A stretch of 41,272 nucleotides of DNA, from NCBI GenBank assembly GCA_030699005.1, contig JAUYLQ010000018.1, positions 1-41,272 of the forward strand. The letters are read 5' to 3'. The position numbers were made by a program, and so were the translations under genes. Within the stretch, counting starts at the first letter, position 1. The number at the start of each line of letters is the position of its first letter. Below are positions 14,798 through 22,637 of this stretch, piece after piece. The DNA is from an archaeon. Its GTDB lineage: Archaea > Nanobdellota > Nanobdellia > Pacearchaeales > GW2011-AR1. The notes beneath the pieces are model-generated. The model worked only from the letters and a program-made list of their open reading frames with translations. It ran no database searches and had not been told where the DNA came from.

Positions 14798-15088
14798 TTA
14801 TTTGTGTTCTTTAATTGTCGATAAAATTGTATTTGTTTCATTTTCATCAAGGTTTGAATCAGGTAATATTTTTGATAATTCGTCCTTATCTTCAGGAAGA
14901 AAATCAAGGATTTTTGAAAGGTGTTTATCATTTAATTTGATTAGGTTTAGTGAATTCAGTTTGCCTCTTAGTTCATCTGCCTTCTTGTCGCTCAAAGCAG
15001 TAAACTTTTTCATAAAAGTTTTTATTTCTGGATCCTTGACATAGGAAATTGATTCAGCAATACTAAGAGGAGTTGTTTTTCTTATCAT
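14798..15088 (-). CDS. rpoF: RNA polymerase subunit Rpo4 (RpoF, Rpb4-like)
   Basis: Size (96 aa), helical K/E/L-rich sequence, and conserved position between rpl21e and DUF655. Overlaps rpl21e by 4 nt. Confidence 0.65.
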   Translation of the reverse strand: MIRKTTPLSIAESISYVKDPEIKTFMKKFTALSDKKADELRGKLNSLNLIKLNDKHLSKILDFLPEDKDELSKILPDSNLDENETNTILSTIKEHK

Positions 15089-15357
15089 TTTATTTTTCCG
15101 GCAATATGTTTTATTTTTTTTAAATGAACGGCCTCAATTAAAAATGTTTTTTCAAGGTTCTGGTCATTCAATTTCACAAGGTAGGACTTTCCTCTTTTTC
15201 CCTGAATGAGCCCAGTTCTACCCTGAATCCTTCTTGGAAAATGTGAAGCAAGTGAAATTTCTCTTTTTACTGCAACCGGTTCATCTTTTTCAAATTTTTG
15301 AAAGTATTCACTGAGTCTGATTTTACCTCTAAGTCTTATGTTTTTCCTTCTTACCAT
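15085..15357 (-). CDS. rpl21e: 50S ribosomal protein eL21 (L21e)
   Basis: 'FPRRIQGRTGLIQGKRGKSYLVKLNDQNLEKTFLIEAVHLKKI'. Confidence 0.88.
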   Translation of the reverse strand: MVRRKNIRLRGKIRLSEYFQKFEKDEPVAVKREISLASHFPRRIQGRTGLIQGKRGKSYLVKLNDQNLEKTFLIEAVHLKKIKHIAGKIK

Positions 15358-15411
15358 AAATATTGAGAAAAAGAACTCATTTAAAAACTTATCTTTTAAA
15401 TAAAAAAGGGG

Positions 15412-15561
15412 TTAGATGTCTCCTTGGCTGTGGGAGGTTTCCATTTTTTCGAGTATAGTGTTAAACATTTTTTCTCCCCATACTCCCTTCCCGCATCTCT
15501 CACAAAAATCAATGATGCTATCCTCAGAAATATTCTCTTTGCAATAAAGGCATTTTCTCAT
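15412..15561 (-). CDS. Small (49 aa) zinc-ribbon protein, not on the ORF track
   Basis: Hand translation gives MRKCLYCKENISEDSIIDFCERCGKGVWGEKMFNTILEKMETSHSQGDI, with two CxxC pairs. It fills an otherwise empty gap. Confidence 0.45.
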   Translation of the reverse strand: MRKCLYCKENISEDSIIDFCERCGKGVWGEKMFNTILEKMETSHSQGDI

Positions 15562-15679
15562 TTTTTGTCCCTCTTTTAGAATAATTGGTTCGTTTTATTT
15601 TTAAATATTTATATTTTTTAAAAATCACTTCAAAAAAGAAATTCGTAAGCTTTAAAAACTAAAAGTAGTGAACTTATAT

Positions 15680-15877
15680 ATGATAATTCCAGTCAGATGT
15701 TTTTCCTGCGGAAAGCCACTTGGGCACTTGTGGGAAGAATATAAAAAAAGAATCGAAGCCGGAGAAGAAAAAAAGAAAGTTTTGGATGAATTTGGACTAG
15801 AAAGGTTCTGTTGCAGATCTGTCTTTTTAGGGCAGGCAGACACCCTAGAGCTTGTTAGTCGGTTTAAGAAAGCTTAA
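15680..15877 (+). CDS. rpoN: RNA polymerase subunit Rpo10 (RpoN)
   Basis: 'MIIPVRCFSCGKPLGHLWEEY..FGLERFCCR'. TTTAAAAA lies about 25 nt upstream of the ATG at 15680 (leaderless). The track start at 15668 is a GTG. Confidence 0.9.
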   Translation: MIIPVRCFSCGKPLGHLWEEYKKRIEAGEEKKKVLDEFGLERFCCRSVFLGQADTLELVSRFKKA

Positions 15878-15932
15878 ATTTAATACGATTTTTTTAATTT
15901 TTTATCTTACCCGAAACCTTTTCGGGAAATGA

Positions 15933-16193
15933 TTAGATTTTAATCCTTTTAATTTTTCCGCAATTTTTGCATACAATTGTTTTGAAACCGTTTTTTATTC
16001 TTATTTTTTCATTTCCCTGGAAAGGGAAGAGGCACTTCTTACAGAATGTTTTTTTGTATATGTTTAGGGAAATTTTTTGATTTGCAGATAATTTTTTTAT
16101 TTTTTTTATTTCCTTCGGGGTTTTGTCTGACATATCTTTGAAGAAATCTTTGATTTTTTCTTTTGCATCTGATTTAGAAATCTTCTTTTTCAT
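15933..16193 (-). CDS. rnp4: RNase P protein component 4 (Rpp21/Rpr2 family zinc ribbon)
   Basis: Basic 86 aa protein with 'CKKCLFPFQGNEKIRIKNGFKTIVCKNCG', a CxxC...CxxC arrangement typical of Rpp21. Confidence 0.65.
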   Translation of the reverse strand: MKKKISKSDAKEKIKDFFKDMSDKTPKEIKKIKKLSANQKISLNIYKKTFCKKCLFPFQGNEKIRIKNGFKTIVCKNCGKIKRIKI

Positions 16194-16205
16194 TTACATT
16201 AAAAA

Positions 16206-16297
16206 TGCGTCGGCCGGGATTCGAACCCGGGTCAACTGGTCACTTCGCAATTTAATTGCCTGGAAGCCAGTTATACTGACCACTGTACTACCAACGC
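16206..16297 (-). tRNA. tRNA-Gly(TCC) with a 20-nt intron at the canonical 37/38 position
   Basis: Acceptor GCGTTGG/CCGACGC, anticodon stem ACTGG/CCAGT, loop CTTCCA|A. The intron is GGCAATTAAATTGCGAAGTG (plus-strand 16241-16260). T arm CCGGG-TTCGAAT-CCCGG. Confidence 0.85.
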
Positions 16298-16311
16298 ACA
16301 TATCTAATTAC

Positions 16312-16761
16312 TCAGATTTTCTTTAATAAACTTTTTTGTTTTCTTAAAAACTCCTTATGGGGAGGGGCCGTATTCTCAGGAATATCTTTACGAAAGTTGA
16401 AATCTTCAGATTCTTCATTAAGTTTAACTTCAACGGACAAAGGTTCCGCAAGAAATACAAGCGAAACAGAGTGCCTCTCGAATCCGAGAACTTTTTCATG
16501 AGGAAATTCTATGTAACCTAAAAATTTCTTTATTTCAATGTTTAAACCTGTCTCCCTTTTTGCGATTCGTTTTCCAGCCTCCTCAAGACTCTCATTTAAA
16601 AGGACACCTCCTCCTGGCAAGTGCCACATTCCTCTAAATGGTTCAATAGCTCTTTTTGTGAATAAAATCCCCTCTTTAGACTTAATCAATAAATCTATTG
16701 TTAAGCGGGGAACTCTTGAATAAATTGATTTAAATTCTTCATGGGAAAATTCTTTTGGCAT
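16312..16761 (-). CDS. NUDIX hydrolase
   Basis: Nudix box 'GGGVLLNESLEEAGKRIAKRETGL' (GX5EX7REUXEEXGU-like). Confidence 0.8.
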   Translation of the reverse strand: MPKEFSHEEFKSIYSRVPRLTIDLLIKSKEGILFTKRAIEPFRGMWHLPGGGVLLNESLEEAGKRIAKRETGLNIEIKKFLGYIEFPHEKVLGFERHSVSLVFLAEPLSVEVKLNEESEDFNFRKDIPENTAPPHKEFLRKQKSLLKKI

Positions 16762-16798
16762 TTAAACCTGAAAAGAAATGCCTTAATAAAATTTTTGG

Positions 16799-16816
16799 AC
16801 GCCCGAGGCAGGATTT
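16799..16816 (-). repeat. Direct repeat of the 3' end of tRNA-Arg
   Basis: ACGCCCGAGGCAGGATTT occurs at 16799-16816 and at 16867-16884. The second copy is the T-loop/acceptor 3' strand of the real tRNA. Confidence 0.85.
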
Positions 16817-16867
16817 TGCCCTTTAGGGTACACCTTGTGTGGCACCTGCGAGCAGGTTCTTGAAAAA

Positions 16868-16942
16868 CGCCCGAGGCAGGATTTGAACCTGCGACCTACG
16901 CATTAGGAGTGCGTCGCTCTATCCAGGCTGAGCTACCCAGGC
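16868..16942 (-). tRNA. tRNA-Arg(CCT)
   Basis: Acceptor GCCTGGG/CTCGGGC (with G-U pairs), D arm GCTC..GAGC, anticodon stem ACGCA/TGCGT, loop CTCCTAA, T arm GCAGG-TTCAAAT-CCTGC. Confidence 0.88.
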
Positions 16943-16946
16943 AAAT

Positions 16947-17029
16947 TGCGAGGACTAGGATTCGAACCTAGGTAAGGATAAACCACTAGAGCCTTAATCT
17001 AGCCCGTTTGACCACTCCGGCATCCCCGC
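16947..17029 (-). tRNA. tRNA-Leu (class II); the anticodon loop TTAAGGC reads AAG in the canonical register
   Basis: Same length (83 nt) and arm layout as the Leu(CAA) gene. Acceptor GCGGGGA/TCCTCGC, anticodon stem CTAGA/TCTAG. Lies 4 nt upstream of tRNA-Arg. Confidence 0.85.
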
Positions 17030-17050
17030 ATGTACGATGATGATGGATGA

Positions 17051-17087
17051 GCCAAAGAATATTGGCGACCTCCGGCATCCCCGCATG
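17051..17087 (-). repeat. Partial copy of the tRNA-Leu 5' end plus a CCAA-N6-TTGG hairpin, 55 nt upstream of the real 5' end
   Basis: CTCCGGCATCCCCGCATG occurs at 17015-17032 and 17070-17087 (plus strand). The hairpin GCCAA-N6-TTGGC is at 17051-17066. Confidence 0.85.
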
Positions 17088-17147
17088 AATTTCTTATAAA
17101 CCGGCGGTATAAAAAGTTTTATAAACTGGGCTAATCTTCAAAAATTG

Positions 17148-17259
17148 AAGACGGCCCTAGTAGGTTGGAAACACCTGTTCTCTTTCCGAACACAGAAGTT
17201 AAGCTTCCTACGTTACTGGCTTTAGTGTCCGACAAGATGCGAAACCAATAAGTCGTCTT
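17148..17259 (+). rRNA. 5S rRNA (ends approximate, +/- 5 nt)
   Basis: Hallmark 'CCGAACACAGAAGTTAAGC'. Terminal helix AAGACGGC (17148-17155) / GTCGTCTT (17252-17259). TATAAAAA lies upstream at about 17108. Confidence 0.8.
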
Positions 17260-17321
17260 TCATTTTCTTTTAAATTCCTTTGATTAACAAACTTTATATA
17301 TCAAAAAATTTTCAAGTTTGA

Positions 17322-18236
17322 ATGGAAGAAGGAGAGACAAGTAAAAAAAACTGGCACGATAAGCACTATAAATTACTTCTTTTAATACCCCTTATTCTGA
17401 TAGTCGGTTCCTTCATATATATCGGGCTTACTTATGTGAACACGGGGGACTTTATCTATAAAGACATTTCTCTTACGGGGGGAACTTCTATCACAATTTA
17501 TGATGGAAACATTTCCCTCAGTGATTTGGAAAGTGATCTTTCTTCAAGCCTGGAAAAGTTATCAACAAAAAGTCTTTACGAATTTGGAACAAATAACCAA
17601 GTAGCAGTCGTTGTTGAAACAACTCTTAATCCGGAAGAAGCGAAGAGTATTTTGGAGAACTATCTTGGATACGAACTTATTGAAGGGGAAAATTCAGACA
17701 TTACTTTTACAGGCTCGGTTTTGAGTGAAAGTTTTTATAGTCAGCTTTTAATCGCAATTTTGATTGCTTTTTTTTTCATGGCTGTTGTGGTTTTTATAAT
17801 TTTTAGAAGCTTTGTTCCTTCCGCTGTAGTTATCTTCTCCGCCTTTGCAGACATTTTAATGACTCTTGCTGTTGTTGACGTTTTAGGAATAAAAATGTCC
17901 ACTGCGGGAATAGTTGCTTTTCTTATGCTTATTGGTTACTCAGTAGACACAGACATCCTCCTTACAACAAGGATATTAAAAAGACACGAAGGAAGTTTAA
18001 ATGAGAGGACTTTCGGTGCATTTAAAACCGGAATGACAATGACCCTCACATCCTTATTTGCAGTCATTGTCGCTTTAGTTATTGTTCAATCTTTTTCAGT
18101 TGTTTTGGCTCAAATTTTCACGATTCTCTTAATAGGATTAGTGTTTGATATGGTAAACACATGGGTAACAAACGTTTCAATATTAAAGTGGTATGTTAAA
18201 AAGAAGGAGGAAATAAAAGATGAAATTAGGGTTTAG
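17322..18236 (+). CDS. secF: Protein-export membrane protein SecF
   Basis: N-terminal TM, a periplasmic-like loop, then a C-terminal 5-TM block 'GYSVDTDILLTTRILK'. Overlaps secD. Confidence 0.8.
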   Translation: MEEGETSKKNWHDKHYKLLLLIPLILIVGSFIYIGLTYVNTGDFIYKDISLTGGTSITIYDGNISLSDLESDLSSSLEKLSTKSLYEFGTNNQVAVVVETTLNPEEAKSILENYLGYELIEGENSDITFTGSVLSESFYSQLLIAILIAFFFMAVVVFIIFRSFVPSAVVIFSAFADILMTLAVVDVLGIKMSTAGIVAFLMLIGYSVDTDILLTTRILKRHEGSLNERTFGAFKTGMTMTLTSLFAVIVALVIVQSFSVVLAQIFTILLIGLVFDMVNTWVTNVSILKWYVKKKEEIKDEIRV

Positions 18237-19752
18237 GATATGGCTTTTAATCTTCGTGCTCATTTTTTCACTTATTCTTATTTTTGGACTTCCTCCAAAA
18301 GTTTTCCAGTCCGGGGTAGTTGTAACAGATTTAGATTCAAATTCAAGTTTGTTTGATCAAGGGTTAAGGTCTGGAGAGATTATAACATCGATAAATGACA
18401 AACCCATAAAAAATTTAGAAAGTTATTCAGAAGCAATTTCATTAAATCTCGTTCCAGGTGTCAATTCGAGTTTAATTTTTTCGACTGACAAGGGGGAATA
18501 CTCTTTTTATGGAAGCAAGCTTCCAAATTTGACTGTTGAAGAAATTCCAGATACAAATTTGAAACTGGGGCTTGACCTCGCTGGAGGTGCAAGGGCACTT
18601 ATTAAAGCAGAAAACAAATCTTTATCCGGGAGTGAATTAAATGACCTTGTTCAGATTACTCAGAACAGGCTGAATGCTTTTGGTTTAACAGATTTGACTG
18701 TTTCCCCTGTAAGCGACCTTTCGGGAAACAATTTTATGTTAATCGAGATTGCGGGTGCAACCCCAAAAGATTTAAGGGAGTTAATTTCTGAACAAGGAAA
18801 GTTTGAAGCAAAAATAGGAAATGAGACAGTTTTTGTCGGGGGCAAAAGGGATATTGCCTCTGTTGGAAGAGACGCCCAAAATGCAAGAATTGAAGGATGC
18901 AACGAAGACGCCGGAGGGTATATCTGTCGGTTTAGTTTTTCTGTTACTCTTAGTCCCGAAGCTGCAGAAAGGCACGCGGAAATAACAAAAGACATACCAG
19001 TTAATGTTACCCCGGAGGGAAATTATCTTTCCAAAAAATTAGATTTATATTTGGATGACAATCTTGTGGATAGTCTTCTTATAAGTGAAGGGCTTAAAGG
19101 GATTGTTACAACCCAAATTTCTATTTCAGGTTCAGGAACAGGGTCAACTGAAGAGGCAGCTATTTCTGACACCAAAAATCAAATGAAAAAACTCCAGACA
19201 ATATTAATCACGGGGAGCCTCCCTTACAAACTCGAAATAATTAAACTCGATACTATCTCCCCTCTTCTTGGAGAAGAATTCATAAAGTTTATTTTAATTG
19301 CAGGAGTAGCTGCTATCTTAGTGATTTCAATAACTGTCTTTGTAAGATATAGAAAAATTAAGTCTTCAATTGCAATGGTTGGAACGTCTGTTTCAGAACT
19401 GGTAATTATTCTTGGAGTTGCAGCATTAATTCAGTGGAATCTTGACTTGCCTTCAATTGCAGGAATTCTTGCAGGGATTGGAACAGGAATTGATGATGTA
19501 ATTGTATTAATGGATGAAACAGCAAGTAAAGTAGTTCTTAGTATCGGGCAAAAGATAAAGAGGGCTTTTGCAATTATTTTAGGGGCATATTTTACCTCAC
19601 TGGTTTCACTTCTCCCTCTAATGTGGGCAGGAGCAGGACTCTTGAAAGGATTTGCTTTGACGACAATAATAGGAATTTCTGTCGGAGTATTTATTACCCG
19701 TCCTGCATTTGGAGAAATGCTTAGGAGATTTAGTAACAAAGAACAAAACTAA
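18220..19752 (+). CDS. secD: Protein-export membrane protein SecD
   Basis: 'LKLGLDLAGGARALIKAE' and the C-terminal 'GIGTGIDDVIVLMDE' TM block. An AAGGAGG SD lies upstream. Confidence 0.82.
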   Translation: MKLGFRIWLLIFVLIFSLILIFGLPPKVFQSGVVVTDLDSNSSLFDQGLRSGEIITSINDKPIKNLESYSEAISLNLVPGVNSSLIFSTDKGEYSFYGSKLPNLTVEEIPDTNLKLGLDLAGGARALIKAENKSLSGSELNDLVQITQNRLNAFGLTDLTVSPVSDLSGNNFMLIEIAGATPKDLRELISEQGKFEAKIGNETVFVGGKRDIASVGRDAQNARIEGCNEDAGGYICRFSFSVTLSPEAAERHAEITKDIPVNVTPEGNYLSKKLDLYLDDNLVDSLLISEGLKGIVTTQISISGSGTGSTEEAAISDTKNQMKKLQTILITGSLPYKLEIIKLDTISPLLGEEFIKFILIAGVAAILVISITVFVRYRKIKSSIAMVGTSVSELVIILGVAALIQWNLDLPSIAGILAGIGTGIDDVIVLMDETASKVVLSIGQKIKRAFAIILGAYFTSLVSLLPLMWAGAGLLKGFALTTIIGISVGVFITRPAFGEMLRRFSNKEQN

Positions 19753-19902
19753 TTTTGATTATAGATTTTATCCAATTCTAAAAAAATCCTAAAATCCTCA
19801 AAAATTCACCTGAAGAAATGATACCAAAAGAATTGAATAGAGATTCTCTCCCTGAGATTCTTAATAAACAAACTTTAAAAAAGGTTTTTTCTTGGTATTT
19901 TG

Positions 19903-22599
19903 ATGGATGAAGTGAAGCCTGAAGAGATTCATCATAAGGACAAGGATGAAACTTCAAAAGAGAAAAGTGATTCAATAAAGTTTAATCTGGAATTCCTAAA
20001 AAATAAAAAATTTCAGATTGCATTAACTTTAGTTATTTTTTTGGTAATTTTGTTCAGCTCTGTTTCAATCAGACTTTCTGGATTGCCCAATTTGATAGAT
20101 CAAACAACCGGAAAATATATTTTTTCAGACCCAGATGCGTATTATGAATACCGGGTTGCGGAAACAATTGTGAATACGGGGGACATAAGTGGCGTAGATT
20201 CAATGAGAAACCCCGGATTAAATTTAGGGTACACCCAGGAAATGCTCCCTAAAGTTCTCGCTTTTTCATATGACTTTTTCCATTTCTTTGGAAGTTCAAT
20301 AACCCTTGATTATATTGATGCTCTTTATCCGGTTGTTGCTTTTGCACTTAGTTTAATTCTCTTTTTTGTTTTATGCTGGTACCTTTCTAAATCAAAATTC
20401 TTTTCTTTATTAGCTACATTAATGCTAGCTTATTCCCCATCATACCTTCAGAGGACAGGGGCAGGAGTTTCAAGTCACGAAGCACTCGGGATTGTCTTTA
20501 TTTTTTTGGCTTTCCTAACCTATATGTTTTCAATAAACCATTATAAAAAGAACTGGAAATGGTCGATTTCTCTAGGGTTTTTTACAGGTGCCGCTTTAGC
20601 ACTCTCTGCATTCTCATGGTCAGGAGGTTCAGTTTTTGTTTTGATTATCATTTCTCTAGCATCATTAATCTATTATCTGTTTGGATTAAAAGGAGAAGAG
20701 CTGGAAATTAAAAAGAAGTTTATCAGTTTTAATTTAATTTGGGTAGTTTCATCAGTAATTTTAATGCCTCTTTTTGGATATTCTTTAAGTTCTATGATCC
20801 TTAGATTCTTCTCTAATTATGGAGTAGTTGTTCCTTTCTTTTTGATATTTATCTCTTTAGATTTTATTCTGGAAAAATATGCAGGCAAAATAAAAATTGT
20901 TAAAAATAATTATCGGGCGCTGTATTCACTCGGGGGAACAATTCTTCTGGGAATTATTGGACTTTTCGTTATTGGAAAAAATCCATTTGAATTAATTGGG
21001 GGAATTTACTCGACATTGCTCCATCCTTTTGACCCCGGAAGAGTTGGGTTAACTGTTGCATATTATGCTCAGCCATACTTAACAGATCTTATCAATCAAG
21101 TTGGAGCTTCAGTTTTCTGGATTTTCTTTGCAGGGCTTCTTTTCTTAGGATTTGAATTTGGGAAAAATATAAAAGTAAAAAAACATAGAGTGTATTTCTG
21201 TCTAATCTGGATACTTTCTCTTTCTGGAATTTTATTCTCAAGAATTTCTTCTTTAAGTAAAATATGGGATGGCGCAACTTTTGTAAGTCAATTAGTATAT
21301 ATCCTTTCTTTTTTGGTTCTTGGCTTTTGTTTTATCTGGTTTTCTTTAAAAGAAAAAAGTCCTGTAGAGAACAAAATAATCTTTCTAACTTCATGGATGA
21401 TGATGATCCTTGTCAGTGTAAGGTCAGCAGTTAGAGTAATGTTTTTTTTGGCCCCATTCGTCTTCTTAATTGCTTCTTTTTTTACTCTAAAGTCATATGA
21501 ATATGGGAAAAAGGCAAAAGATGAACTCTTAAAATACACATTTTACATTTTGTCTTTTTTATCTTTAATTTTGATTATAGGCTTTGTTTTTGGAAACCCT
21601 TTTGCTGGGAGCCCAGGGGCATATCAGATAAGTTCTTATTCCTCCTCTAATACGGGTCCTGTTGCAAATACAGATTGGCAGGATGCAATGAGCTGGGCAA
21701 GAAATAATACCCCTGTGAATAGCGTATTTTTGCATTGGTGGGATTATGGTTACCTTGTTCAGACTGTTGGAAATAGAACAACTGTTCTGGATGGGGGAAA
21801 TGCAAATGCTTATTGGGATCACTTGATGGGAAGGTATGTATTGACTACCCCCCACCCTGAGACCGCAAAGAGTTTCATGAAGGCTCATAACGTCTCATAT
21901 CTTTTAATAGACCCAACAGACCTTGGAAAATATTCTGCCTATTCATCAATTGGGGACGATGAAGAGATTTCAGACAGGGCATCTTACCTCCCTACATTTT
22001 TGTCAGACCAATCTCAAATTCAAGAAACAGATAACCGGACCATTAGAGTTTACCAGGGAGGTTTTGGTCTTGATTCTGATTTGGTTATAGAAAGTGAAGG
22101 GAGGGAAGTTTTACTCCCTAGAGGAAAAGCCGGACTTTTTGCAATAGCACTTGGAATTCGAAATGGGACTTATGAACAGCCAGTAGGAATTTTTGTTTTT
22201 AATAATAAACAGTATACGGCGCCTTTAAGGTACCTTTTCATTTCAAACCAGCTCATAGATTTTGGTTCCGGAATTGAGTCAACTGTTTATGTTTATCCAA
22301 ATGTAGTTGGTCAGCAGTTTGACATGAGTGGGGCAGCAATCTACTTATCTGAAAAAACAATGAACAGCCTTTTTGCTAAACTCTATTTAATGAATGACCC
22401 AAATAATGAGTACCCCGAACTTGATTTAATTAAAGAGGCGGGTCCTTACCCCTTTAATTTCTATTATGGTGGATTTAGGGCACCAATAAGAATCTGGAAA
22501 GTGAATTCTGAGGAAATGACCAATATTATTGCAAGAGACGAATTTTTGAGGCCCGATGGAAAATATGGAGAATTTGATGATTTGGACTTTACTAAATAA
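19903..22599 (+). CDS. aglB: Archaeal oligosaccharyltransferase AglB (STT3 family)
   Basis: 'FLHWWDYGYLV' (WWDYG motif), an N-terminal 'SDPDAYY' acidic loop motif, about 13 TM segments and a large C-terminal soluble domain. The track start at 19900 is a TTG. Confidence 0.88.
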   Translation: MDEVKPEEIHHKDKDETSKEKSDSIKFNLEFLKNKKFQIALTLVIFLVILFSSVSIRLSGLPNLIDQTTGKYIFSDPDAYYEYRVAETIVNTGDISGVDSMRNPGLNLGYTQEMLPKVLAFSYDFFHFFGSSITLDYIDALYPVVAFALSLILFFVLCWYLSKSKFFSLLATLMLAYSPSYLQRTGAGVSSHEALGIVFIFLAFLTYMFSINHYKKNWKWSISLGFFTGAALALSAFSWSGGSVFVLIIISLASLIYYLFGLKGEELEIKKKFISFNLIWVVSSVILMPLFGYSLSSMILRFFSNYGVVVPFFLIFISLDFILEKYAGKIKIVKNNYRALYSLGGTILLGIIGLFVIGKNPFELIGGIYSTLLHPFDPGRVGLTVAYYAQPYLTDLINQVGASVFWIFFAGLLFLGFEFGKNIKVKKHRVYFCLIWILSLSGILFSRISSLSKIWDGATFVSQLVYILSFLVLGFCFIWFSLKEKSPVENKIIFLTSWMMMILVSVRSAVRVMFFLAPFVFLIASFFTLKSYEYGKKAKDELLKYTFYILSFLSLILIIGFVFGNPFAGSPGAYQISSYSSSNTGPVANTDWQDAMSWARNNTPVNSVFLHWWDYGYLVQTVGNRTTVLDGGNANAYWDHLMGRYVLTTPHPETAKSFMKAHNVSYLLIDPTDLGKYSAYSSIGDDEEISDRASYLPTFLSDQSQIQETDNRTIRVYQGGFGLDSDLVIESEGREVLLPRGKAGLFAIALGIRNGTYEQPVGIFVFNNKQYTAPLRYLFISNQLIDFGSGIESTVYVYPNVVGQQFDMSGAAIYLSEKTMNSLFAKLYLMNDPNNEYPELDLIKEAGPYPFNFYYGGFRAPIRIWKVNSEEMTNIIARDEFLRPDGKYGEFDDLDFTK

Positions 22600-22637
22600 T
22601 TCAAAATTCTTTTAAATATAGGGAATGTCCTACTTTT

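Noticed and set aside
16123-16326. A plus-strand 67-aa ORF.
   Set aside because: It spans the Rpp21 start and the whole tRNA-Gly gene on the opposite strand, so it is an artefact.
17033-17047. The ATGATGATGATGG run as a possible C box of a C/D sRNA.
   Set aside because: It lies in the tRNA-Leu leader on the wrong strand, and I could not find a matching D box (CTGA) or terminal pairing at an appropriate distance.
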